Shown: positions 1 to 9,228 of the stretch, one piece after another
Layout of the letters: every line of letters begins with the position of its first letter
Numbering within the stretch: position 1 is the first letter of the stretch
DNA from: a virus
Lineage: Duplodnaviria; Caudoviricetes
DNA length: 64,000 nucleotides
Reading direction: 5' to 3' (one strand)
Virus record (IMG/VR): IMGVR_UViG_3300006467_000282
Coordinates: 18,032 to 82,031 of that record
The notes under the pieces: generated by a model
Seen by the model: only the letters and a program-made list of their open reading frames with translations
The model's database searches: none
What the model was told of the DNA's origin: nothing
Translations under genes and position numbers: made by a program

Positions 1-2066
1 ACTTGTTGATGATCAGATGGCGAATAATCTCCGATTCCACAATCAGTAAGTGCTCCTCCAATTGCACCATCAAAAGTAAAACTATACCTTTGAGGAGTAT
101 CAGTAAGCCTTAGTGCACTAAGACCAATATCAGCTCCTAAAAACACAAATCTATATTCTCTTCCCGAAATATCAGGATTAATAACTGCTGAAGCAGTAAA
201 AGAAAGAGTGTATACATGATCTTCTTCAGTGAAAACACGTTGTGCTACGCGATCTCCAGCAGAATCAACTGTGAATTTATCAGTTCCTACAACAGTAACT
301 CCACCGGATTTAAGCCAAATTGCATTACTTATATCTCGATTTTGTATGAATAAGTTTGTAACTATTCTTGAACCATATAAAGGTACAACATTTTCAGTAA
401 TAGTTTTCAGCTTATGTTCAAAATCTTTTACATAAAAATTATTAGCTCCAGTATATGAACCATCTTGATCTGACAGAAAAGTATTAACATCATCAGTGTT
501 ATTAAAGGGGAGGGAAACACCCGGTCTATTTCCTATAGGAGCTCCGGAACAAACTCCGTCTATTGTAAATTGATCCCATTCCTCTACTGTATATCTTTGG
601 TCTGGAACAAATAATATGCATTCAATATACCCATTTACATCCTGGCCAATTCTCAAATCACTATTAGTGTTTTCCCATAGTCCAGTAAAAATCCCCCCAG
701 GCGAATGCAATCCGTTTGCACTTAATTGTTTTTCATTTGGGTTTGTTTCCCAGAAACTTACAACCTTTGAATTTTCAATTAACGCATTATCTAATTCGAG
801 ATTATTTACTCCATCATTTGATAGAATATCATTATCATTCGCTTTTGTGCCGAGTATTGTATCACCATCTCCTACAATTATACCATCAATAATTGATAAG
901 TCATCTGGTAATAAGCTGAGTTCTGCATAAATTGCTCCGAATAGCGCTAAAATCGGATCTTCATCCAAGTTTATATCGCTCAATAGTTGTGCCTGAATAT
1001 CATCGTTATTATTCCAAGAAGCACAGATATCTCTAAAAGCCACATGCGCATAATCTGCAAATCCGTCAGAGAAATCAATTGCAATGGGGAGTTGCCATTC
1101 ATAGGCATGACCATAATAAGCAGAATTATACGCAGTGTCAGCTGGACCGTGACCTCTTGGAATTGGTACATAGGGAATTGCACTTCCCTGATTTATTTCT
1201 GTAAATCCGTATATTGTCTTCAATAATGCTTCAAAAACTTCGCCGTATGCTTTCTGTTGTGCAACACCCCCTGATAATTCATCGTGAGTCCCAATAAAGC
1301 ATGTTGTAGCGAAGTTCTGTAGTAAGTTCAGTAGATTATAATCCTGTGCTGTAAAACCAGCATCAGCATCCCCTAACGTGTGCCTATCCTTGGATACTGT
1401 TACATCGAGCATTATGACGAATAGCCAGTTTTCATCGCTCGGATATTTAGTATAAATTTCTTTTGCTCTTTCATAATCGGCAGCAGCTGCAACTCGTACT
1501 CGATTAACAATTTGTAATCCAGTTATAAGCTCATTTGGAAACTCAGGCACACCAGTAAATTCAATCGTAAAATTATCTGTATCTATAACAGAAGCTACTT
1601 GATGCATTCCGGTTATTCCTGCTGATCTGACTTCAACCAGGCGTTCATTTCCGTTTAAAGTTGGTGCTTCAGTTTCATCATTCGGTAAATTAATTGATAA
1701 GTTCAGTCGATTTGGTACACCAGTAAGTTCATGTGTTGTATTATAAGCAACATTTGTAAATCCGCTAAATACAATAAACCTTTGCCCATATATAGCTGGA
1801 TCCGGATAATTTTGATCATGTCCATCGTCAATAGTAAACGTCAGTTGATCTTCCTCCAATGAAACTGAAGAAATCGGAACATTAAAATCACCTTGTTTAA
1901 CTATTACTACTCTACTGGTAGTTAAACCATGTGAAGGTGCATTTACAGTCAAAATATTCCCCTCAGAAATAGTTCCACTATTAACAGTTAAGAACTGAGT
2001 AAACAAATCAGTTGACGATGGTAAATATGTTTGTAAATGCAATACTATTTGCTCTGGTGTTAACAT
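1..2066 (-). CDS. Virion protein in the tail-completion/terminator position with a long C-terminal extension (at least 688 aa, runs off the window edge)
   Basis: Manual translation from ATG at 2066 (MLTPEQIVLHLQTYL...) has no stop down to base 1. Missing from the ORF track. Follows the HK97 gp10-like gene. Confidence 0.75.
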   Translation of the reverse strand, partial: MLTPEQIVLHLQTYLPSSTDLFTQFLTVNSGTISEGNILTVNAPSHGLTTSRVVIVKQGDFNVPISSVSLEEDQLTFTIDDGHDQNYPDPAIYGQRFIVFSGFTNVAYNTTHELTGVPNRLNLSINLPNDETEAPTLNGNERLVEVRSAGITGMHQVASVIDTDNFTIEFTGVPEFPNELITGLQIVNRVRVAAAADYERAKEIYTKYPSDENWLFVIMLDVTVSKDRHTLGDADAGFTAQDYNLLNLLQNFATTCFIGTHDELSGGVAQQKAYGEVFEALLKTIYGFTEINQGSAIPYVPIPRGHGPADTAYNSAYYGHAYEWQLPIAIDFSDGFADYAHVAFRDICASWNNNDDIQAQLLSDINLDEDPILALFGAIYAELSLLPDDLSIIDGIIVGDGDTILGTKANDNDILSNDGVNNLELDNALIENSKVVSFWETNPNEKQLSANGLHSPGGIFTGLWENTNSDLRIGQDVNGYIECILFVPDQRYTVEEWDQFTIDGVCSGAPIGNRPGVSLPFNNTDDVNTFLSDQDGSYTGANNFYVKDFEHKLKTITENVVPLYGSRIVTNLFIQNRDISNAIWLKSGGVTVVGTDKFTVDSAGDRVAQRVFTEEDHVYTLSFTASAVINPDISGREYRFVFLGADIGLSALRLTDTPQRYSFTFDGAIGGALTDCGIGDYSPSDHQQ

Positions 2067-2067
2067 A

Positions 2068-2490
2068 TTAGAATTTCCTCAATGATTCTAAGCCAACTCG
2101 TAAGCTCTGAGTTTCTTTAGTCACTGCTCTGACTAAATGTGGTCTTGGTGCCATTTTTACTGTTCCCTCTTCCAGAAAAAGTGCATAATCTGCTGTTTCC
2201 CCGACTTCCATCTGCGTATAATCTCTTACATTATAACTCGAACTTCCTGCAAGTCTCCCCGTTCTATTTGCAGGTGCTTCACCTGGGGCGGATGCTTGGT
2301 GTGCTCGCCCCCGGAAAGTATATATTCTACCTGATCTTTTCCCTGTTTTAATTATATTTCGAACATTTTTAACTACATTGTGACCTGTCACATGTAGTTG
2401 ACTTTTTATATGTTGCTGATGAATACAAACTTGTTTACCTAAATTAATAATAACTCTTCTTGAGGCTGGGTCTACTTTTATTTTTATCAT
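2068..2490 (-). CDS. HK97 gp10-family tail component
   Basis: ASAPGEAPANRTGRLAGS and YALFLEEGTVKMAPRPHL motifs; synteny. Confidence 0.8.
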   Translation of the reverse strand: MIKIKVDPASRRVIINLGKQVCIHQQHIKSQLHVTGHNVVKNVRNIIKTGKRSGRIYTFRGRAHQASAPGEAPANRTGRLAGSSSYNVRDYTQMEVGETADYALFLEEGTVKMAPRPHLVRAVTKETQSLRVGLESLRKF

Positions 2491-2879
2491 GCCTCGGTCG
2501 CCTCCTGAGTATCCTGGCCACGTTCAACAGTTTGAAGCACTATAGAAAATTTTTCAGTAGAAACTTTTAAGATTCTATAATATTTATTATCATAGTGAAC
2601 AAAGAAATTACCGGAATCTAAAGAGGCTAAATCTGGATCGTCTCTGAGAAAGAATAAATCAGTAGTAGATTCTTCAATATTAACACCCTGGAATCTATTA
2701 ACGCCTGATACTTCATCTGTACCTGCCCAAACATTCTTTAATAGGGTAAATTCTTCGGACGGTTGAACCTCACCAGGTAATGGGGACTGTAAAACTCGTT
2801 CCTCAATAGCAATATATGCATCTAAATCACCAGAACATAATTTTGTCTGAGTTAATCTTTTTATTTTGCAAACAGCCAT
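2487..2879 (-). CDS. Head closure / head-tail joining protein (SPP1 gp16-like)
   Basis: Size and position; IAIEERV...W...GV...F pattern. Confidence 0.65.
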   Translation of the reverse strand: MAVCKIKRLTQTKLCSGDLDAYIAIEERVLQSPLPGEVQPSEEFTLLKNVWAGTDEVSGVNRFQGVNIEESTTDLFFLRDDPDLASLDSGNFFVHYDNKYYRILKVSTEKFSIVLQTVERGQDTQEATEA

Positions 2880-2893
2880 TTAAAATCCCCTAT

Positions 2894-3523
2894 TTATATT
2901 ACAGCAAATGTATTTAAAATTCGATACTTAGCTATTGGTGCAGCGATAAATAATGGAACAGAAGTTGTAAATGATCCACGATCTCCTCCCCCTCCGCAAT
3001 TCGGCACGCAATCTCCCCGATTTAAGTATAAATAATTAACCATTTGTTTTATAGCAACTTTGATTGCTTCTGGAACATCATCAATATCACCAAATCCCGC
3101 GTCGAATGTTACTTTTAATGGATATGCTTTCTCGTAATCAGCGCTGATTGAGTCATAAATTAATATTCTACTGAAAGATGACATTCTTTTTACTTCATAA
3201 TCATCATCGACTGTCAAGACAGTATAAGCATCATTATCAAACACTTCAACACTTGCAACAGATATTAAGGGGGAACGGCGAACCTCGAGAAATGAAAAGC
3301 ATTCACTATTGGAAATTCGGATAGAATCAAACTCACCCACGACATCTGTCCTGGTTAAAAACCATCTATGAAGATATTCCTCAATTATATTCGTAGCAGC
3401 AGCAATTAGCCCGTCAAGTAAATCATCTTCAACAGTATTTGTTATTTTAGAGAATAGTTTTACTTCGTCTAATGTTACTGGATAGCCTGTAGGTTCCGTC
3501 CCCACTGTATAAATATCTGTCAT
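2894..3523 (-). CDS. Head-tail connector (HK97 gp6 / phiE125 gp8-like)
   Basis: PVTLDEVK...EDDLLDGLIAAAT...EEYL and VPEAIKVAIKQMVNYLYLNRG. Confidence 0.8.
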   Translation of the reverse strand: MTDIYTVGTEPTGYPVTLDEVKLFSKITNTVEDDLLDGLIAAATNIIEEYLHRWFLTRTDVVGEFDSIRISNSECFSFLEVRRSPLISVASVEVFDNDAYTVLTVDDDYEVKRMSSFSRILIYDSISADYEKAYPLKVTFDAGFGDIDDVPEAIKVAIKQMVNYLYLNRGDCVPNCGGGGDRGSFTTSVPLFIAAPIAKYRILNTFAVI

Positions 3524-3544
3524 TTTATTTAATCCGTTTTAGAA

Positions 3545-3874
3545 TTATTTTTTATCAGATTTTTCTTTAGAATCTTTACTTGATTCTTTTTTAACTTTTT
3601 TATCTGATTCTTTTTTATCTGATTCTTTTTTATCTGATTCTTTTTTATCTGATTTTTTATCATCGTCTTTCTCTTTCTTTACTTTTTTCTCTTTCTTCTC
3701 TTCTTTCTCTTTCTTCTCTTCTTTTTTAAGATCATCAGTGAATAAATCCGTTTTCATTGCACGAACAGCTTGTGCATCAGAAACTTCAAAAGATTCACCT
3801 TTTTTAAATGTACTTGCTTTTTTAATCCCATCAAATGAATAACTTCCATCTCTCTCTGCTATTAAAACTTTCAT
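3545..3874 (-). CDS. Small head-module protein with a Lys/Glu/Asp/Ser-rich tail
   Basis: KKESD repeats; RBS (GAGG) upstream; lies between capsid and connector genes. Confidence 0.6.
   Translation of the reverse strand: MKVLIAERDGSYSFDGIKKASTFKKGESFEVSDAQAVRAMKTDLFTDDLKKEEKKEKEEKKEKKVKKEKDDDKKSDKKESDKKESDKKESDKKVKKESSKDSKEKSDKK
3596..3654. repeat. 15-bp tandem repeat TTTTTTATCTGATTC, three perfect copies plus one partial
   Basis: Direct reading; encodes ESDKK on the minus strand. Confidence 0.9.
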
Positions 3875-3976
3875 AATTTTATTTTACCTCATATTATTAA
3901 TTATTAATATTAAATATACCTTACTTTAAAAATAAAGCGAAAATAATTGTCTTTTTCCGTTTTATTCAGCAATAAC

Positions 3977-4366
3977 CTACTGATCTGGAGTAGGTTGATG
4001 GTGTGCAGTTCCAAGTATAGCTATAATACCAAAAAGAGCATTTCCAGCTGTTTGTCTTACTCTTACATATCTTTTCTTGCCAATATAACCGGTTTTGCCG
4101 GGCATATCATCCGCTGCAGTAATATGGGCAAGTGATCCAAGTACTTCTTCTGAATCAACAGTAGTTGCATCTGATAAATCAGATTCATCCCCATGTTGTA
4201 GAATAAACGTCGGTATAACAGTAACTGTATTACTCCCGGTAAATATAAACTCTAATGCCTCAAAACCTGCTGTATCTATTATATCAAAATTTTCAGGACC
4301 AGTTCCTGGGCCAATATCTTTTGCGACTACTAAAGAAATTCCATGGTGCATATCAAATATTTGCAT
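3977..4366 (-). CDS. Capsid decoration-like protein, paralog 3
   Basis: IIDTAGFEALEF...LQHGDESDLSDA...GYIGKKRYVR; shared with 4378 and 4836; downstream of the capsid gene. Confidence 0.7.
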   Translation of the reverse strand: MQIFDMHHGISLVVAKDIGPGTGPENFDIIDTAGFEALEFIFTGSNTVTVIPTFILQHGDESDLSDATTVDSEEVLGSLAHITAADDMPGKTGYIGKKRYVRVRQTAGNALFGIIAILGTAHHQPTPDQ

Positions 4367-4377
4367 TTTTGTTCTCC

Positions 4378-4767
4378 CTATATATCCGCAGTTGGTTGTG
4401 TATGTGCATTTCCCAGTACAGCTATAACAATATATAGGGATTGTCCTGCTTCTTGCCGAATCCTAACATATTGTTTTTTACCAATATAGCCAACTTTACC
4501 AACAGCCAATGGTACAGGAACATTTGCAAATGATCCGAGAACTTCTTCAGCATCAACTTCAGTTGCATCTGATAAATCAGATTCATCCCCATGTTGTAAA
4601 ATTACAACAGGAGCAATACTTGTAAAAGGTCCTACTTGAAATAAGAATTCTAAGGATTCAAAGCCAGCAGTATCAATAATTTCCCCATTCCCCGCTCCGG
4701 ATGGGATTGAAGCTCCTGCTTTTGCAATTCCGAGTGTAATTCCATGATGTATATCAAATGTCTGCAT
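4378..4767 (-). CDS. Capsid decoration-like protein, paralog 2
   Basis: Same motifs as 3977 and 4836. Confidence 0.7.
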   Translation of the reverse strand: MQTFDIHHGITLGIAKAGASIPSGAGNGEIIDTAGFESLEFLFQVGPFTSIAPVVILQHGDESDLSDATEVDAEEVLGSFANVPVPLAVGKVGYIGKKQYVRIRQEAGQSLYIVIAVLGNAHTQPTADI

Positions 4768-4782
4768 TTTTAATCACCTACT

Positions 4783-4821
4783 AATTTAGCATGCAATGTT
4801 ATTAGTATTGCATGCTAAATT
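4783..4821. terminator. Perfect 15-bp stem-loop AATTTAGCATGCAAT-9nt-ATTGCATGCTAAATT
   Basis: Inverted repeat 4783-4797/4807-4821. T-run follows on the plus strand only. Confidence 0.7.
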
Positions 4822-4835
4822 TTATTTAAAAAGGT

Positions 4836-5219
4836 TTAGTCATCAGTTGGCTGATGGTGTGCAGTTCCAAGAACTGCGACAATGCCATAAATGGCATTTC
4901 CAGCTGACTGGGCTACACGTACATACCTTTCCTTACCAATATAACCCACTTTTCCAACATCATCGGCTGCTTCAACTTGAACAAGCGTACCGAGAACTTC
5001 TTCAGCATCAACTTCAGTTGCATCTGATAAATCAGATTCATCCCCATGTTCCAAGGTAAGGGTTGGAGCTACTGTAACTGTTGCTCCTGCCTGAAAAATA
5101 AATTCCAATGATTCATAACCAGCTGTGTCAATTATTTCACCGTCTACAACTCCAGATGCTACAACATTCTCTTTTCCCATCAGAACGGTAATTCCATGGT
5201 GCATATCAAATACTTGCAT
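4836..5219 (-). CDS. Capsid decoration-like protein, paralog 1
   Basis: Same motifs; immediately after the major capsid gene. Confidence 0.7.
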   Translation of the reverse strand: MQVFDMHHGITVLMGKENVVASGVVDGEIIDTAGYESLEFIFQAGATVTVAPTLTLEHGDESDLSDATEVDAEEVLGTLVQVEAADDVGKVGYIGKERYVRVAQSAGNAIYGIVAVLGTAHHQPTDD

Positions 5220-5275
5220 TTTGTTCTCCTTATTTATTTATTTATTTAAATTTATACTAATTTACTATACATTAA

Positions 5276-6520
5276 TTAGCTTTTAATTTCTAATAGTTTG
5301 AAAGCTTCAGGAAGAACTACCTGGCCAGTATTCCATCGATGGAAAGTAAGCTCAATAACTGCTTGGCGTTTCCTGGTTACTTCATCACGAATAATTTCCA
5401 GTCCAGTTCTATCAATAATAGTATATCCTCTCATAAAGTCAGCAAATACAACTGGGAATGTACCATTGCCGCCGGAAGTGCCATCATAATCAGGCATATC
5501 TTCAATTAATATGTAAGGATAACCTGCAAGAGTGTTCGGTGCTCCTCCTCCAAGTCCAGTTTGCCATAAGTACTGACCATCCACTGCCCCTTTAAAAGTT
5601 CTGAATCTGGCAAGTGATTGACGACTGAAACCATAGTAAGGTTGGTAACCAACTTTTAAGTCACCAGTTAACAAGATAAGATCATCACCTGTAATTGTAC
5701 TTGCAGTGGCAGTTTCTCTGGCATCTGCTTGTAATCCAGCGGCAAGTGACAAGAAACCTTCAGGCTGTTTTGCCCCAGTTCCAAGAACGAATCCACGACC
5801 TTCTGCTTGTGCAAATGACTCAGCAACATCTCCTGTAATCTCATTTTCAAGATTAAACTCAGAGTCCATCATCATATCACGAGTAAATGGAACTGTAACA
5901 GATAGCCTGTAAGCAGTTACAGTCTCAAGCCCGTAGTCGCTTGTATCCAGGACGTCTTCTGCTGCTTCACCCTCATATGCAGCCTGTGGAATTCCTGTTC
6001 TGACTGGAATTTCAAGAGTTTTACTTCCAGTTGATTTAACACGGGCAAGCGAACGTATAGGAGAAACCTCAGTAATTTGCTTGAGAATCATACTATCCAT
6101 TTCAGGCATAGTTAGGTAACCACCCTGAGTAGCATTATCTGTTCTAAGAAGTTGTTTCTGATCAAGATCAAGCGCAGTAACACCTTCTTGGCAAAATATC
6201 TGAAGTGCTTTATACTCTGGTGTTTCTTTGTAGTTAATATTTTTTGTCTGAGTTTGTTCAACGATCTCTTTTTCAAGAGTTTCCATTCGCTCTTCCATTT
6301 CAAGAGCTTTCTTTTCTTTCTCAGCATTTTCAGCAATAAGTTTCTGATTCTGTTTTTCCTGTGTTTCGAATAATTCAATAGTTTTTGCTTCAAATTCTTT
6401 GAAATCTACAGACTCTTCCCCATATTTTTCAAGATTTTCCTGAAACCCTTTTACTGCTTCCATTATCTGCTCAGTTGTTACTTCTTCTGTTGTATCTTTT
6501 TTCTCTTTTGAATCTGGCAT
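5276..6520 (-). CDS. HK97-family major capsid protein
   Basis: N-terminal coiled-coil delta domain; GGYLTMP, G.G.KQPEGFL and FADF...Y.IIDR motifs. Confidence 0.93.
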   Translation of the reverse strand: MPDSKEKKDTTEEVTTEQIMEAVKGFQENLEKYGEESVDFKEFEAKTIELFETQEKQNQKLIAENAEKEKKALEMEERMETLEKEIVEQTQTKNINYKETPEYKALQIFCQEGVTALDLDQKQLLRTDNATQGGYLTMPEMDSMILKQITEVSPIRSLARVKSTGSKTLEIPVRTGIPQAAYEGEAAEDVLDTSDYGLETVTAYRLSVTVPFTRDMMMDSEFNLENEITGDVAESFAQAEGRGFVLGTGAKQPEGFLSLAAGLQADARETATASTITGDDLILLTGDLKVGYQPYYGFSRQSLARFRTFKGAVDGQYLWQTGLGGGAPNTLAGYPYILIEDMPDYDGTSGGNGTFPVVFADFMRGYTIIDRTGLEIIRDEVTRKRQAVIELTFHRWNTGQVVLPEAFKLLEIKS

Positions 6521-6522
6521 TT

Positions 6523-8037
6523 TTAGTTCTCCTTATTATTTTTGGTTTTAATTGTGTTATTTGCTTTTTTGATTGAATCCATAAAATCGGATAAGAATTC
6601 AGTATCTACCTGTGGCTCGACATCAACGTCGTCCTTTGGAGTTTCTCTCACTTCGCGTTTAAGAAATTCCTTCATTTTAGATGCTAATATCTTAGCGTTT
6701 TTACTATTCAATCGAATACCTTCCCGTGCCAATTTCTCGAATTCCCTTACATTAAGAGATTCCAAATCATCAATTCGGAAGGACGAACTTTCATCAAATG
6801 GAGAATCCATATCCATTTTTCTGTAATATCTTTTGACGTGATTAATAACAGCTTGTCGTTCATCTGATGGTAAATCTACTCCACCACGTGCTCCTCTTAA
6901 AGCAGCAGCGGCAGCGAATACACCACGAGGAATTGCCATTAATTTACCGTCAATAACATCAGTAAATGGAAGTTTGTAAGCTCCAAATTTATCTTTTTCC
7001 TCTGCATCATACCAGAAAAAAGCTTTTTTATAATCTGTGCCTGGTTCTTCTACTGAATCTGTTAATGAACGAATTCTTTTGTTTCTTTCAGAAGCAGGAG
7101 CAAATGGTTTGTCCCTTGGAGCCAGGGGTAAATCCTGGTAGGGAGTTGCTGCTTTTTGCTTCATTCCAGTTACTAAAGCTAATTCATTCATTGGAACAGT
7201 TATCAAAGAAGTCTCAAACAACTTCAACTCATTTAGATAACGTGCATCATTTTCAAGGTCATAATCAACAGCTGAATAGCCAATACTCATCGAATCAATG
7301 GAACCGACTTTCATTTGAGGGATAACTCGATCTGTGACAAAACTATCAGTCTTTGGCATTTTACCTTCAACATATAATCCGTGAGGATCTTCCTTTAGAG
7401 TAGTAAATACGCCTAAAGGCATATCAGTTTTGTGTTGCCATAAAATCGGCAATTTACCTTCTTTTTGTTTTGACATCAGTTCAGCAGCAGTTTTAGTAAA
7501 TGCGCCTGGACGAATAATGTCTCCTCCACGATCCAGGTTATTAAAGGTTGCAGCATAGCCCGAAAAAGTAAAGTATAAATCTTCCTCTTCGTATTCTTTA
7601 ATCTCAAATGGAAAGCTTAGTTGTTTAATTTCTGAATCCATTTTACAAGCTCCTTTTATTTTATCAGTATTGTCTTTTATTTTAAAAGATTTATTCATTC
7701 TTTCGACTGCTTTCATTGCCCATTCGACACAAGCTGTTCCACCCCAGAGTAACCAAGCAATTGTACCGGATGTTGGTCCACCATCGTCATCTCTTTTACT
7801 TGGTTGATAACCTTCGCGATATTGATTAAATTCTGCAATACTTTTAATAGTTGCATTGCTTAATGGTCTACCTTTTATTAACTGATTTGCACGTACTACT
7901 CCAGATTCAAGTCCTTCCCTTCGGGATTGCTGTCGGGTTAATCCACCACGTTTCCATTTTCTTTTTATTTCCAAACCTGCTTTAGCATTTTCCTTAGCAG
8001 ATTTCGGTGGAGTTCTTTCCTCTGGTGTAAGAGTCAT
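6523..8037 (-). CDS. HK97-family prohead protease with extra N- and C-terminal domains
   Basis: Core FSGYAATFNNLDRGGDII, LWQH, MSIGY, LFETSLITVPMN; flanking domains of about 130 aa and about 200 aa. Confidence 0.9.
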   Translation of the reverse strand: MTLTPEERTPPKSAKENAKAGLEIKRKWKRGGLTRQQSRREGLESGVVRANQLIKGRPLSNATIKSIAEFNQYREGYQPSKRDDDGGPTSGTIAWLLWGGTACVEWAMKAVERMNKSFKIKDNTDKIKGACKMDSEIKQLSFPFEIKEYEEEDLYFTFSGYAATFNNLDRGGDIIRPGAFTKTAAELMSKQKEGKLPILWQHKTDMPLGVFTTLKEDPHGLYVEGKMPKTDSFVTDRVIPQMKVGSIDSMSIGYSAVDYDLENDARYLNELKLFETSLITVPMNELALVTGMKQKAATPYQDLPLAPRDKPFAPASERNKRIRSLTDSVEEPGTDYKKAFFWYDAEEKDKFGAYKLPFTDVIDGKLMAIPRGVFAAAAALRGARGGVDLPSDERQAVINHVKRYYRKMDMDSPFDESSSFRIDDLESLNVREFEKLAREGIRLNSKNAKILASKMKEFLKREVRETPKDDVDVEPQVDTEFLSDFMDSIKKANNTIKTKNNKEN

Positions 8038-8038
8038 T

Positions 8039-8413
8039 TTAATTCTCCATACCTACTAATGGAATTAAATTGATTGCTTGATCATCCAAACGGAAAACTA
8101 ACTGTATTCGACTATCATCTTCGTCAGTATTATTTGTGAAGTTCCATTTAATAGATCTAAAATCATCTGATACTAATTCCAATAATGGTTGTTTATTAGT
8201 AAAATAGAATCTTATCTTTCCGATTTCTTTAAAGCCATGTTTTGATTCATCCTCTTTTACTATTCCCCGAATAACAAATTGGGACTCAATACCAAACTTA
8301 CACCCAATTTCTCGAAGTTTAACCTTAATTCTCTTTTTGCTATTTTTCTCCGTAATATCTACATACATAATAGACATAGCGTTCTCCCCTGCATTATTGA
8401 ACAAGTCTCCCAT
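8039..8413 (-). CDS. Hypothetical protein in the head module
   Basis: In-operon ORF; start may be 8377. Confidence 0.55.
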   Translation of the reverse strand: MGDLFNNAGENAMSIMYVDITEKNSKKRIKVKLREIGCKFGIESQFVIRGIVKEDESKHGFKEIGKIRFYFTNKQPLLELVSDDFRSIKWNFTNNTDEDDSRIQLVFRLDDQAINLIPLVGMEN

Positions 8414-9227
8414 TAATATTATATTGCAGTCTGCATCTGCAATTTATAATTTCTTTCAAAGCTGCTCCCAATGATCCATCACCAGGGAATCGTACTGAGC
8501 TGCCCCCGACTATAAAATTTTGATTTATATCAATAGTTGTTCCTTCAAGAGCCATATGTGTTGGTCTTACTTTACTATCATTCCTTGTCAGCCATGTTTT
8601 TGTATCTAAAGGAACAATGACTGTTGGACGTGCTGCCCGTATTGCTGATCCAGATTCAGTTGCTTCTATATCTTTCGATTTTTCTGCCGGCAATTGAGTC
8701 TCATACATTGTTATTGAAGGGATTCTACCTTTTACTTTCCGCTTTAAAAGAACTCCTGCTAATAATGCAATCGATACATTATCAGTTGGTGTGTCTTCTT
8801 CCCTTGATATTTTAATTGCTTCCTGTACACTATCATCCATTTGTCTAATTGTTGTATCATTAATAATTTTGGCATGTTCAGCAGTAATTGTAGCTGTCCA
8901 ATTATCAAATGCTGTATCAGCAATTTCTTCTAATTCGTCTCTGGTGATTATATCTTCATCTAAATCTATATTATTTATAACTGAATTCCTAAACTTTCGC
9001 CGAACTCTTTTGAAATGTTTAGTTAGGGATTCCTGCCAACTCTCAATAAATTCATCTTCTGGTGTTGGTAATCCAGTATTTGCATATCTTTGTCGGAAAT
9101 CTTTAACCATTGCTAATAATAATGTAGTTACTTCCCTTTTGTAAGTATCCTCAAGACGTATCTTTTCCCGTATATCCTTACGAGTTTCACGATTTTGAGC
9201 TGCAGTTTGTTTTTTGTCAATGGCCAT
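8394..9227 (-). CDS. Mu gpF / SPP1 gp7-like head morphogenesis protein
   Basis: KTWLT..DSKVRPTH..LEG.......F.VGG....FPGD......EIINCRC. Confidence 0.88.
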   Translation of the reverse strand: MAIDKKQTAAQNRETRKDIREKIRLEDTYKREVTTLLLAMVKDFRQRYANTGLPTPEDEFIESWQESLTKHFKRVRRKFRNSVINNIDLDEDIITRDELEEIADTAFDNWTATITAEHAKIINDTTIRQMDDSVQEAIKISREEDTPTDNVSIALLAGVLLKRKVKGRIPSITMYETQLPAEKSKDIEATESGSAIRAARPTVIVPLDTKTWLTRNDSKVRPTHMALEGTTIDINQNFIVGGSSVRFPGDGSLGAALKEIINCRCRLQYNINGRLVQ

Positions 9228-9228
9228 A

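Noticed and set aside
229-1226. Short track ORFs at 229, 616, 980 and 987
   Set aside because: They are shadows of the long minus-strand ORF 1-2066.
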